Shown here piece by piece: positions 21,345-31,048 of a stretch of 64,000 nucleotides of DNA. The stretch covers positions 21,869 through 85,868 of the forward strand of contig MHDC01000040.1 of NCBI GenBank assembly GCA_001803415.1. The letters run 5' to 3'. Origin of the DNA: Microgenomates group bacterium RBG_16_45_19 (GTDB lineage Bacteria; Patescibacteriota; Microgenomatia; UBA1400; RBG-16-45-19). A program made the position numbers and the translations under genes. The notes below the pieces were generated by a model. It was not told where the DNA came from. It made no database searches and saw nothing but the letters and a program-made list of their open reading frames with translations. Numbering within the stretch: the first letter of the stretch is position 1; each line of letters begins with the position of its first letter.

Positions 21345-23432
21345 ATGCCCGACCTGCCCGCCTTTGTTCCTTTAGCTGACCTACTGCACCAGGATAATCT
21401 TTACTGGGATCGTTTCAGTCGCGGCCGTTTGACTGCCCTGCGCTTAGGTTTAGCCACCCCTCGGACTCTGGTAGTGACTGCGGCGGCTTTTCGCCACTTT
21501 ACCGAAGCGACTCACATCGCTGGCCAAATTACCAGTCAACTACGTCTGCTCGACCCTTCTGATCCCCAGGCTGTGGCGGCTCTTAGCCGTCGGTTACAAC
21601 CGCTGATCCTTGATACCCCGCTACCCCGGCCATTATTCACCCAGTTGTCACAGGTTTATCGCCATTATTTACGGCACAGTCCGGTTGCTCTGGTCACTGA
21701 TCCGCTCCGATCTCCGCCGCGATCCGGTCCCTTGGTTTACCGGGGTGACAGCTGGCTGGCCACTCAAATCAAGCAGGCGTGGTCTGCCTGGTATACCCCT
21801 GATCACCTGCATCAGACTTTACTGGCTTCTTCCTGGTTACCGCTGCCCCCAGCTACCCTGCTGACCGCCTATCCTCAAATCGAATGGTGCGGGATTTTAA
21901 CTACCGCTCAGCCCTGGCGGGAGCAAAAGCAGTTAGCTGAAGCGACGCTGGTTTACGGGGCTTCATTTGGTGCCAAGCCCAATCATTTACTCCCTCATCG
22001 TTATCTAATCGATCGCCCCTCACAGAAACTGCTCAGTGCTCAACTCTTACCTCAAACTCAAGCCTATCAGCTCGACCGTTCTGGCTGCCTCAAACTCACC
22101 CCGCTACCCCACCGCCTTTCCCTCCGCTTGAACGAGGCTCAAATTAGCACTTTAGCTCAGGCGGCCCACGTCTTCCACCATCATTGTCTTTTACCCCAAG
22201 TCATTACTTTTACTTTAAACGGTCACCAGTTGCTGATTTGGTCAGTTACTCCCCTCGAACCTGTTCCCGACCCGGTCTCGCCTCGCCTAGCTGTAACCGC
22301 CAATCTGGAGTTGCTGGCCTCGGGTACACCCATCTCTCCAGGGATCGTTTCCGGACCTCTAAAACTCCTATCGAGACCAACTTTATCCAGTCTGGTGCCA
22401 CCGGGCACGATCGTTTTCCTCAAAGATTTACCGCCCCGACTCTGGCCGATTATCCGACCGGCGGCGGGTTTACTCACCACTGATTTAAATCCCTTATCTC
22501 ACAGCGCCATCTTGGCCCGCGAATTAGGTTTACCGACTATCTCCCAAATTGCCTCTAAAAGTTTACGTCGTTATCAGGGTCAAATTGTCACCCTTGATGG
22601 TCAGCGAGGTAAACTTTATCGGGGTGGTCTCACCTCAAGTCTGGCTGTGTCCCCTCCACAAGCACCGGTTTCACCCCGCTCTTTTCGTCTGGCTACCAAG
22701 ATTCTGCTCTCGACTCAAGCTTTTTCTACCCCTGAGCTTTTAACCGCCGCTGGCCTTTGGGTCAACCGTCATTCTTTCCTTAAGTCACCCCCGAATCTCG
22801 ACCACGCTTTGGCCAGTTTGGGTGAACGACCCCTTTTTTACCAACTTCAAGTTTCACCTGACCCTGACCTTCATCAAGAAATTGCTATCCTTTTAACCGC
22901 TCACCAACATTTTCCCACTGTCCCGGTGACCGTCGTTTTAACCGCAGTTCACAGTCTGTTTGAGCTCACCCAAGCCAAAAAAAGCTTAGCTGCTTTAGGT
23001 TGGACACGCCAACCTCACCGCCATCTCGGTTTAAGCTTAGACACCCCGGCGGTCGTTTTAGACGCTGACCGTTACGCTCGCCAAGGTCTGGACTGCCTCA
23101 GTTTTAACGCCGATCAACTTTTACCCCATTTGTTTGGGGCTGATCCGGCTAACCCCGTTCCTAATCCTGCCTGGCAAAACGAAACCGATGCCGTCGTCAC
23201 TCTCCTTGAGTACTTCCTTAAACTCAGCCATGAACTCAACCTGCCCACTTATGCTTTAGGTTATGTTTTTGGTCAAGCCTTTCACTACCTCCAGGTCCTC
23301 GTCGCCGGTGGTATCACTGGCATTGTCACCACTCCGCCACTGCTTGACGCCTTAACCAGCCGTCTTTATCAAGCCGAACACCGTTATCTCCGCCAATCCC
23401 ACCCACCATTAGCCATAAGCCATAAGCCATAA
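21345..23432 (+). CDS. PEP synthase / pyruvate,phosphate dikinase-like protein with degenerate nucleotide-binding motifs
   Basis: 695 aa, colinear with PpsA. N-terminal segment aligns to the ppsA at 62657 (VVTAAAFRHFTEAT vs CVTAPAYYQFLEAT), but GGKGANLGEM is replaced by DRFSRGRLTAL. The swivel-domain His is kept (LSHSAILARELGLPTI). C-terminal block LDCLSFNADQLLPHLFGAD resembles the PEP-utilizer TIM-barrel motif. Confidence 0.6.
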   Translation: MPDLPAFVPLADLLHQDNLYWDRFSRGRLTALRLGLATPRTLVVTAAAFRHFTEATHIAGQITSQLRLLDPSDPQAVAALSRRLQPLILDTPLPRPLFTQLSQVYRHYLRHSPVALVTDPLRSPPRSGPLVYRGDSWLATQIKQAWSAWYTPDHLHQTLLASSWLPLPPATLLTAYPQIEWCGILTTAQPWREQKQLAEATLVYGASFGAKPNHLLPHRYLIDRPSQKLLSAQLLPQTQAYQLDRSGCLKLTPLPHRLSLRLNEAQISTLAQAAHVFHHHCLLPQVITFTLNGHQLLIWSVTPLEPVPDPVSPRLAVTANLELLASGTPISPGIVSGPLKLLSRPTLSSLVPPGTIVFLKDLPPRLWPIIRPAAGLLTTDLNPLSHSAILARELGLPTISQIASKSLRRYQGQIVTLDGQRGKLYRGGLTSSLAVSPPQAPVSPRSFRLATKILLSTQAFSTPELLTAAGLWVNRHSFLKSPPNLDHALASLGERPLFYQLQVSPDPDLHQEIAILLTAHQHFPTVPVTVVLTAVHSLFELTQAKKSLAALGWTRQPHRHLGLSLDTPAVVLDADRYARQGLDCLSFNADQLLPHLFGADPANPVPNPAWQNETDAVVTLLEYFLKLSHELNLPTYALGYVFGQAFHYLQVLVAGGITGIVTTPPLLDALTSRLYQAEHRYLRQSHPPLAISHKP

Positions 23433-23438
23433 GCCATC
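23411..23438 (+). repeat. Tandem heptanucleotide repeat (AGCCATA x3 + AGCCATC)
   Basis: Read directly: agccata agccata agccata agccatc. It spans the last codons and TAA stop (23430-23432) of the PpsA-like gene and ends 4 nt before the eno ATG. Confidence 0.95.
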
Positions 23439-23442
23439 TTAT

Positions 23443-24714
23443 ATGCCCGTTATCAAAGCCATCCAAGCCCGAGAAATCCTTGATTGCCGGGGGGTCCCGA
23501 CCATCGAAGCCAACCTCTGGTTAGACAATGGCATCAGTGTCACCACCGCCGTCCCTACCAGTATCTATACCGGCAAACATGAAGCCATGGAACTCAGGGA
23601 TGGCGACCCCCTCCGCTACGCTGGTTTAGGGGTGATTAAGGCCGTTAACCTTATTAACACCACCATCGCCCAGCATTTAATTGGCCGGGATCCTTCCCAG
23701 CAAGGTGACATTGACCGCTTGCTGATTCAATTGGACGGCACTCCCGACAAACATCAATTTGGGGCCAATACCATGCTGGCTGTCTCCCAAGCCGTCTGCA
23801 AAGCCGGAGCCGCCATGTACCATCTCCCCGTCTACGCCTATTTAGCCCACAAGTATCGCTTGGTTTATGGCGCTTTAACCATTCCCACCCCCGCTTTCAA
23901 CGTCATCAACGGCGGTAAACACGGCGCCGGCAATCTTGATTTCCAGGAGTTTCTCTTAGTGCCTTCCAGCCGTTTTCGCTTTGACCAAGGTTTACAAATC
24001 GGGGTCGAAATTTTTTACGAACTGGAACGTCAATTGATCAATAAAAACGCCATCCACTCGGTCGGGGTTGAAGGCGGCTTTGCCCCCAACCTCTTTACTA
24101 ACCTAGATGCCCTCGAGATCATTATTCAGACCATTCAAAACACCAATCACCAGTACGGCCACGACGTTTTCTTAGGCTTGGACGTGGCCGCCAGCACTTT
24201 TCAGAAAGGCTCTAAGTACGCCATCAAAGACCGCTCTCAGCCTTTTTCCGGAAAGGAATTCGTCAGTTATTATCAGGACCTCAACGACGACTATCATATT
24301 TTCTCTTTAGAAGATCCTTTTGGTGATGACGATTGGCGCAGTTGGATCGACTTGACCATGGAGATGGGCCAAAAGGTCTTAATTATCGGCGACGATTTGA
24401 TCACCTCCAATAAAGAACGTTTAATTAAAGCCATTCGGGACAAAGCTTGTACCGCGGTTTTGGTCAAACCTAACCAAATCGGGACCATTACCGAATCGGT
24501 TGAAGTCGTTAAGATCGCCAAAGATGCCCACTTCACCGTCATGGCTTCCTGCCGCTCCGGGGAAACTACCGATACTTTCATCGCTGATTTCGCCGTTGGT
24601 GTCGGCGCCGAGTATGCCAAATTTGGCGCTCCTAGCCGTGGCGAACGTATCATCAAATATAATCGCCTGCTGCGTATTGAGGCTGAGCTTAATCCCCAAA
24701 CTCAAGGAGCTTGA
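23443..24714 (+). CDS. eno: Enolase
   Basis: 423 aa. IKAIQAREILDCRGVPTIEA, VLVKPNQIGTITE, SCRSGETTDTFIADFAV, YNRLLRIE. Confidence 0.97.
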   Translation: MPVIKAIQAREILDCRGVPTIEANLWLDNGISVTTAVPTSIYTGKHEAMELRDGDPLRYAGLGVIKAVNLINTTIAQHLIGRDPSQQGDIDRLLIQLDGTPDKHQFGANTMLAVSQAVCKAGAAMYHLPVYAYLAHKYRLVYGALTIPTPAFNVINGGKHGAGNLDFQEFLLVPSSRFRFDQGLQIGVEIFYELERQLINKNAIHSVGVEGGFAPNLFTNLDALEIIIQTIQNTNHQYGHDVFLGLDVAASTFQKGSKYAIKDRSQPFSGKEFVSYYQDLNDDYHIFSLEDPFGDDDWRSWIDLTMEMGQKVLIIGDDLITSNKERLIKAIRDKACTAVLVKPNQIGTITESVEVVKIAKDAHFTVMASCRSGETTDTFIADFAVGVGAEYAKFGAPSRGERIIKYNRLLRIEAELNPQTQGA

Positions 24715-24721
24715 AACCATT

Positions 24722-26365
24722 ATGTCTCGTCCCAAACCGGTAGTTTTGGCCATCCTCGATGGTTGGGGCCTGGCAGCCGCGAATCCCGGTAATGCCATTG
24801 CTTTAGCCAACACCCCTACCTTAGATCTACTTACGGCCAGTTACCCCCACACTCAGTTGGAAGCCGCTGGTGAGGCTGTCGGTTTACCCGGTGGTGAAGA
24901 CGGTAACACCGAAACCGGTCATTTGAATCTGGGTGCCGGCCAAATTGTTTATCAAGACTTACCCCGAATTAACCAAGCCATCGCCGAAGGTCGGTTTGAC
25001 CACAACCCCCAGTTTCTGGCGGCCTTGGCTCACACCCAACGGTTTAAAAGTCGCTTGCATTTGATTGGCTTAATCGGCTCTGGTGGGGTCCATAGTTCGT
25101 TGAACCATCTTTATGCCTTAATCCACTGGTGCGTTACTCACCGCTTGAACAATGTCGTTCTCCACCTAATCACCGACGGTCGTGATTCACCGCCCACTTC
25201 AGCCATCAACTTTCTTACCCCCATTAAGACCAAACTCAAAGAAACTTCCATTGGGGTGATCGGCACCATTATTGGTCGCTATTACGCCATGGATCGCGAT
25301 CATCACTGGGACCGAACGGCTATCGCCTATCAAGCTTTAACTCAAGGATTGGGTCGACCGGCTCACAAGCCAGAAGCAGCCATCCTCGCTTCCTACCAAC
25401 AGCAAATTACGGATGAATTTATTCAGCCGATAATTTTAGTTGACCAACAACAGCAGCCTTTAGGTTTAATCCGCGACCATGACGCTGTCATCTTTTATAA
25501 TTTCCGCATTGACCGGCCACGTCAATTGACCAAAGCTTTTGTCTTGCCCGATTTAAACTATGCCTTAACTCAGCCGGAAGGTTTTGACCCCTATGCCATC
25601 AAGTATTACAAATCCCACCTGCCGCCCCGGCCTGCCATCGGTGAGCGAGTTTTTGAACGCCGGGTCTACTTAAAAAATTTGGCTTTTGTAACCATGACTG
25701 AATATGAGAAAGGCTTGCCTGTCGCCGTCGCTTTCCCGCCCCAGACCGTTGATATGCCCCTCGGGCGGGTGGTGGCCGAAATGGGCTTAAGACAGTTGCG
25801 TTTAGCCGAAACCGAAAAAGAACGCTTTGTCACCTATTATTTTAACGGCCAACGAGAGGATCCTTTCCCGGGTGAAGATCGGATTATTATTCCCTCACCC
25901 CCGGTGGCCACCTATGATCAAAAGCCGGAAATGTCCTCAATTGCCTTGACCCAGACCTTAATTGAACGAGTCCATGCCGCCATGTATGACCTGATCGTCG
26001 TTAACTATGCCAATCCGGATATGGTTGGTCATACCGGCAATCTCCAGGCTGCCATCAAAGCCTGTGAGATAACCGACACTAACCTGATGCGCTTAACCGA
26101 CGTCGTTATGGCTATTGGCGGCGTCGTCTTGATCACCGCTGACCACGGCAATGTCGAAGAAATGATTAACTTGGAAACTAACGCTGTCGATACCGAACAT
26201 TCCAATAACCCCGTCCCTCTCCTCATTGTCGGCAATCGCTATCAAAATCAACTCGCGGCGCTGCCGCCGGGTATCTTGGCCGACGTGGCACCTACTATCC
26301 TCCAGGTGATGGAACTCCCTCAACCCTCCACTATGTCCGGCCAATCTCGGCTCAAATCCCTATGA
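24722..26365 (+). CDS. gpmI: 2,3-bisphosphoglycerate-independent phosphoglycerate mutase
   Basis: Start at ATG 24722 (MSRPKPVVLAILDGWG). The track's 24500 start is an out-of-frame read through the eno 3' end. Motifs GNTETGHLNLGAG, ITDGRDSPP, NYANPDMVGHTG, TADHGN. Confidence 0.93.
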   Translation: MSRPKPVVLAILDGWGLAAANPGNAIALANTPTLDLLTASYPHTQLEAAGEAVGLPGGEDGNTETGHLNLGAGQIVYQDLPRINQAIAEGRFDHNPQFLAALAHTQRFKSRLHLIGLIGSGGVHSSLNHLYALIHWCVTHRLNNVVLHLITDGRDSPPTSAINFLTPIKTKLKETSIGVIGTIIGRYYAMDRDHHWDRTAIAYQALTQGLGRPAHKPEAAILASYQQQITDEFIQPIILVDQQQQPLGLIRDHDAVIFYNFRIDRPRQLTKAFVLPDLNYALTQPEGFDPYAIKYYKSHLPPRPAIGERVFERRVYLKNLAFVTMTEYEKGLPVAVAFPPQTVDMPLGRVVAEMGLRQLRLAETEKERFVTYYFNGQREDPFPGEDRIIIPSPPVATYDQKPEMSSIALTQTLIERVHAAMYDLIVVNYANPDMVGHTGNLQAAIKACEITDTNLMRLTDVVMAIGGVVLITADHGNVEEMINLETNAVDTEHSNNPVPLLIVGNRYQNQLAALPPGILADVAPTILQVMELPQPSTMSGQSRLKSL

Positions 26366-28410
26366 AACCAACCTTAACCAGTCTCTATCAACCCCGCTCC
26401 GTTGCTATTATCGGAGCTTCCCGTTCACCCCAAAAAGTCGGCCACCAACTCCTCAAAAATTTATTAGCGGACGGCTTCTCCGGCCCGGTTTATCCCGTTA
26501 ATCCCCAAGCCCACCGCCTGCTTGACTTACCCTGCTATCCCACCGTTACCGCCCTGCCTCGGGTCCCTGATTTGGCGGTCATCGCCACTCCGGCACCGCT
26601 GGTTTTACCCATCTTGACCGAAGCCACCGCCATCGGTATCCCTTCGGCCGTGATTATTTCCGCCGGCTTTGCCGAAGCCAATCTCGCCGGTCAAACCCGC
26701 CAACGTGAGTTAGTCACTTTTCTTAAAACCGCTGCCATTAACGTCCTCGGGCCCAATAGCTTGGGCGTGCTAAATCCCGACCATCACTTAAATGCCGCTT
26801 TCGGCCCACCCTTACCGCCGTCCGGTCCGGTTTGGTTAATTTCCCAGTCGGGTGCCTTAATTACCAGCGTCTTTGACTGGGCTAAGGCCACCGGAGTCGG
26901 CTTTACTGCCGCCTTTTCCTTAGGCAATCGCGTCGACGTCAACGAGAATCACCTCCTGAGCTTAGCTGCCCGCGACCACCGGACTCGAGTTATTGCCGTT
27001 TATTTGGAGTCTTTGTCCCAACCCACCACCTTTTTTGCCCAGGCCTCAACTATCACCCCGCATAAACCGATTATTCTCCTCAAGGGGGGTCAATCACCCC
27101 AAGGCTATCAAGCCTCGGCTTCCCATACCGCCGCTTTAGCCTCTAATCCGGTCCTCCTTCAAGCTTTCGCTCAACAGACTCAGGTGATCTTGGCCGATAC
27201 CATCGAAACCTGGTTAAGTGGTATCCATTTAGCCACTCTTTACCCCAAAATTAAGGGTCTGAACTTGGGACTGGTCACTAATGCTGGTGGTCCAGCCGTG
27301 GTCGCTGCCGACCACGCTGCCACCCAGCATTTGTCATTACCGTCTTTTTCCAGTCAAACTGTTCGTCGGCTGCACCGCTTGGGTGTGACTGTGGTTCATA
27401 ATCCCCTGGACGTTTTGGGTGATGCTCCTCCGTCTTTAATTGCTGAAGCCACCAAAATTGGTTTAGCCGATCCCGCCATTGACCAACTCTTAACCATCAT
27501 CACTCCGCAAACCATGACTCAACCGATACGCACCGCTCGGCTGTTAAGTCAACTTAAAGTTAAAAAACCGTTCCTAGTGAGTTTTATGGGTGGTACTCAA
27601 ATGGCTGGCGCCATCAGTCTCTGCCGCCGCCAAAAATTACCCCATTTTGACTACCCCCACGATGCCCTTAAGGCATTGTCGGTTCTAGCCCATTATCACC
27701 AAGGCCGATCGCTCACCCTGCCCTTTCCCTCACCTCATGGGTCCCACTTAAGCCCAGCCAAACGCCCCCCCTTGCCTCATGAACCGGCCGCGCTCAACCT
27801 GGAAACCGCCTTTTCCCTCCTTCAAGCCTATGGTTTTATTCTCCCCAAATATCGGCTTATCGACCATCTTGAGGCCCTACCTGAAACCTTAAATCTGGTC
27901 GGTCGACCGGCGGTCATGAAGAGTGCCGCCCTGGCTCTAGCTCATAAGCGGGCGGTGGGGGCCATCGCTTTAGATTTAATGACAACCTCTCACGCCCGCC
28001 AAGCTTTTCGCCGCTTAAGTAAATTTCACCCTCAAGTCTTAGTCCAGCAAACCATTCATGCCCCCTTGGAGTTACTCTTGGGTGCTCGTCGTGATCCCGA
28101 TTTTGGTCCTTTTGTCGTTGTCGGTTTGGGTGGTTCCTATGCCAATCAGTTCCCCAACCGTACCTACCTTTTTAGCCCGGTGTCCGTCATGGCCGTCAGG
28201 CGCATTTTGGCTTCGTCCGCGCTCATGCCTTTTTTTCGTCAAGCCCACTTAAATCTTAACCATTTAGTCCAGGCTATCCTCAAACTCCAAACCTTGCTCC
28301 TGGATTACCCCGCCATTGCCGACTTGGAAATCAATCCCCTGATGGGGACACCGGCTAAATTATATGCTGTCGATGTTAAATTAAATTTAACCTTGTCTGA
28401 GGCTGTTTAA
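26362..28410 (+). CDS. Acetyl-CoA synthetase (ADP-forming), fused alpha/beta domains
   Basis: 682 aa. CoA-binding N-terminus SVAIIGASRSPQKVGHQLLKNL, GPNSLGV, ISQSGAL, phospho-His loop SASHTAALAS, C-terminal ATP-grasp-like half. Confidence 0.85.
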   Translation: MKPTLTSLYQPRSVAIIGASRSPQKVGHQLLKNLLADGFSGPVYPVNPQAHRLLDLPCYPTVTALPRVPDLAVIATPAPLVLPILTEATAIGIPSAVIISAGFAEANLAGQTRQRELVTFLKTAAINVLGPNSLGVLNPDHHLNAAFGPPLPPSGPVWLISQSGALITSVFDWAKATGVGFTAAFSLGNRVDVNENHLLSLAARDHRTRVIAVYLESLSQPTTFFAQASTITPHKPIILLKGGQSPQGYQASASHTAALASNPVLLQAFAQQTQVILADTIETWLSGIHLATLYPKIKGLNLGLVTNAGGPAVVAADHAATQHLSLPSFSSQTVRRLHRLGVTVVHNPLDVLGDAPPSLIAEATKIGLADPAIDQLLTIITPQTMTQPIRTARLLSQLKVKKPFLVSFMGGTQMAGAISLCRRQKLPHFDYPHDALKALSVLAHYHQGRSLTLPFPSPHGSHLSPAKRPPLPHEPAALNLETAFSLLQAYGFILPKYRLIDHLEALPETLNLVGRPAVMKSAALALAHKRAVGAIALDLMTTSHARQAFRRLSKFHPQVLVQQTIHAPLELLLGARRDPDFGPFVVVGLGGSYANQFPNRTYLFSPVSVMAVRRILASSALMPFFRQAHLNLNHLVQAILKLQTLLLDYPAIADLEINPLMGTPAKLYAVDVKLNLTLSEAV

Positions 28411-28429
28411 CTTGGATACAATAAAGGCT

Positions 28430-30163
28430 ATGTCTCAATCGACCCTCAATTGGAAAATCGTCGGTGCTGCCGGTGAGGGGATTAAATCGACCGGGATGAT
28501 GTTTTCCAAAACCTTACTTCGGTCCGGTTTTTACGCTTTTGATTATACCGAATACCCGTCTTTGATTCGCGGCGGTCATAATACTTATCAAGTCTATGCC
28601 TCCGGCCAACCGGTTTACTCTCAAGTCTTACCCCTCGACTTGTTTATCTCCCTTAACCCTGACGGTCTCAAGTTGCATACCGAGGAATTAACGCCGACTT
28701 CAGTCACTCTCTTTGATGGAGTTGATTTAAAGCTGGACCCAAGGGACCTGAAACTACCCGGTCAAGTTTTTTCGGTGCCTTTGACTCAATTAGCCCGGGA
28801 TGGCGGCGGCGAACGGGTCATGGCCAACAATGTCGCCTTGGGTATCTCGCTCCAATTGCTTCACTTAGATTTAACCATTTTAAACCAAGTCATTGCCGAC
28901 ACTTTCGCTGGTAAAAACCAGGCGGTGGTCAGCCTCAATCAAAAAGCCGCCGCTTTAGGCTACCAATACGCCGCCGAGCATTTATCGCCTTTAGCCATCA
29001 ACTTAATCAAAGCCCCTCAGCCACCGCGTCATAGCCTCACCGGCAACGAAGCCATCGCCTTAGGCTTAATTGCCGGCGGTCTTAAAGCCTATTTGGCCTA
29101 TCCCATGACTCCCTCGTCTTCGATTCTGCATAGCCTGGCCGACTGGCAGGCCAAAGCCAATCTCTTGGTTAAACACGCTGAAGACGAAATTGGAGTTATC
29201 AATATGGCCTTGGGTATGAGTTACGCTGGCATTCGGGCCGCCGTCGGTACTTCCGGTGGGGGTTTCTGCTACATGACGGAAGCCTTGGGTTTGGCCGGCA
29301 TCGCCGAACTCCCCCTGGTTATTATTGAAGCCCAACGTCCCGGGCCAGCCTTGGGTATGCCCACCTGGACCGCTCAAGCCGACCTCTTGTTCGCCATTAA
29401 CGCCGCTCAGGATGAATTTCCCCGGATCGTTTTAGCTCCCGGAGACGTCACTGAAGCCTTTACCTTGGCTAAGCTCAGCTTAACCTTGGCCGAAGAATAT
29501 CAGCTGCCGGTCATTCTCCTCTCTGACAAACATTTGTCCGAAAGCGCTATGTGGGCTACCCTCCCGGCTGGCCCCTTTTCTCACCCTCAAACTTCAATCG
29601 ATCACCAACCGCAACTATCAGATCAGGGCTTTTTCCCTCGCTACCAACCCACACCGACTGGGATCTCTCTCAGAACTATTCCGGGGATACCCCACGGTCA
29701 ATACCTGGCTAACTCCTATGAACACGATCAACATGGCCTGGCCACTGAAACCGCCGCTGTCCGTCAAGTTCAAATGCACAAACGCCAAACTAAACTCAAT
29801 CAGATTCTGTCTCACCTGCCCCAGCAGTTTTACGACGGCTCGGAACACCCACAGCTGACGCTCATCGGTTTCGGTTCCACCAAAACTGTCCTTCAAGCCG
29901 CCGCCCAAACTTTAAAGACCAAAGGCCATGACGTGGCCGTCTTCAATCTCTCTTGGCTCTGGCCATTCCCCAGTGATCAGGTCAACCAAGTCTTTAGCCA
30001 AAGTCAAAATACTCTCATCTTTGAAGGTAACTACACTCAGCAACTGGCTCGCCTTATCCGTCAGCAAACCGGCCTTAAGCCCACTCATCAAGTATCAAAA
30101 TATGACGGCCGTCCCTTTTACCCGCATGAAGTGGTCCAAGCCGCCGAGGAGTTACTCTCATGA
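28430..30163 (+). CDS. 2-oxoacid:ferredoxin oxidoreductase, fused gamma-alpha subunit
   Basis: Gamma-like N-terminus (KIVGAAGEGIKSTGMMF...YPSLIRGGHNTYQV) followed by an alpha-like domain (LTGNEAIALGLIAGGLKAYLAYPMTPSSSIL). ATG 28430 sits 7 nt after TACAAT (28417-28422); the track start is TTG 28412. Confidence 0.85.
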   Translation: MSQSTLNWKIVGAAGEGIKSTGMMFSKTLLRSGFYAFDYTEYPSLIRGGHNTYQVYASGQPVYSQVLPLDLFISLNPDGLKLHTEELTPTSVTLFDGVDLKLDPRDLKLPGQVFSVPLTQLARDGGGERVMANNVALGISLQLLHLDLTILNQVIADTFAGKNQAVVSLNQKAAALGYQYAAEHLSPLAINLIKAPQPPRHSLTGNEAIALGLIAGGLKAYLAYPMTPSSSILHSLADWQAKANLLVKHAEDEIGVINMALGMSYAGIRAAVGTSGGGFCYMTEALGLAGIAELPLVIIEAQRPGPALGMPTWTAQADLLFAINAAQDEFPRIVLAPGDVTEAFTLAKLSLTLAEEYQLPVILLSDKHLSESAMWATLPAGPFSHPQTSIDHQPQLSDQGFFPRYQPTPTGISLRTIPGIPHGQYLANSYEHDQHGLATETAAVRQVQMHKRQTKLNQILSHLPQQFYDGSEHPQLTLIGFGSTKTVLQAAAQTLKTKGHDVAVFNLSWLWPFPSDQVNQVFSQSQNTLIFEGNYTQQLARLIRQQTGLKPTHQVSKYDGRPFYPHEVVQAAEELLS

Positions 30164-31032
30164 CTGATAACCTTTTCAACGATCCCCAGTCCTTAAATAC
30201 CCTTTATCGGCCGACTTGGTGCCCTGGTTGTGGCAATTTTTCGATCTGGTCCTCAATCAAATCGGCACTCACCCAACTCGGCTTACCCCCGGAGCAGTTA
30301 GTCATCGTTTACGACGTTGGCTGTTCCGGTAATATGGCCGATTTCCTTAAAGTCTACGGCTTTCATGCTCTTCATGGTCGGGCAATCCCGCCAGCTGTCG
30401 GCATCAAATTAGCTAACTCTGACCTTAAAGTTTTGGTGGTTATTGGTGACGGTGGCGGTTATGGCGAAGGCTTGACTCACTTTTTGAATGAAATGCGCGG
30501 TAATCACGATATTACCGTCTTGGTCCATAATAACCACCGCTACTCCTTGACTACCGGCCAGATGAGTCCGACCACTCCCAAAGGCACACCCACCAAATCC
30601 ACTCCTTTTGGTGCTATTGAACAGTCACTTAATCCGGTGGCTTTGGCTTTGGTCAACCATGCTACTTTTATCGCCCGGGAATTCGCCGTCAACGCGGCCG
30701 CTTTAACCGCCCGTTTGGTCGAAGCTATCAACCATCCCGGTTTTGCCGTCATCGATGTTTTGCAACCGTGCTTAGTCTTTAATCCCCAAATGGACACTCG
30801 TTGGTATCTGGACCATTTGGTGGCTTTAACCGATGAGGCTCACGATCCCCATAATCGCTCCCTAGCCTTAACTCAAGCCTTACGTCCCGACAAAATTGCC
30901 GTCGGTCTGTTCTGGCAAGACTCGCAACCCCAAGCCTATCACCAGGAAGACATCACTTTAAAAAATGGGCCCTTAGTCAGACACAGCCTCGACCATATCG
31001 ACCTGACCCCTTTGTTGGTTCCCTTTGCTTAA
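30160..31032 (+). CDS. 2-oxoacid:ferredoxin oxidoreductase beta subunit (TPP-binding)
   Basis: 290 aa. WCPGCGNFSI, GCSGN, VIGDGGGYGEG. 4-nt overlap with the alpha-subunit gene. Confidence 0.9.
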   Translation: MTDNLFNDPQSLNTLYRPTWCPGCGNFSIWSSIKSALTQLGLPPEQLVIVYDVGCSGNMADFLKVYGFHALHGRAIPPAVGIKLANSDLKVLVVIGDGGGYGEGLTHFLNEMRGNHDITVLVHNNHRYSLTTGQMSPTTPKGTPTKSTPFGAIEQSLNPVALALVNHATFIAREFAVNAAALTARLVEAINHPGFAVIDVLQPCLVFNPQMDTRWYLDHLVALTDEAHDPHNRSLALTQALRPDKIAVGLFWQDSQPQAYHQEDITLKNGPLVRHSLDHIDLTPLLVPFA

Positions 31033-31048
31033 AACTTGGTGATTGCCT

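Noticed and set aside
24500-24721. The 74-codon N-terminal extension of the gpmI ORF given in the ORF track.
   Set aside because: It is an alternative-frame read of the enolase 3' end. The conserved iPGM N-terminus (MSRPKPVVLAILDGWG) begins at ATG 24722, just after the eno stop.
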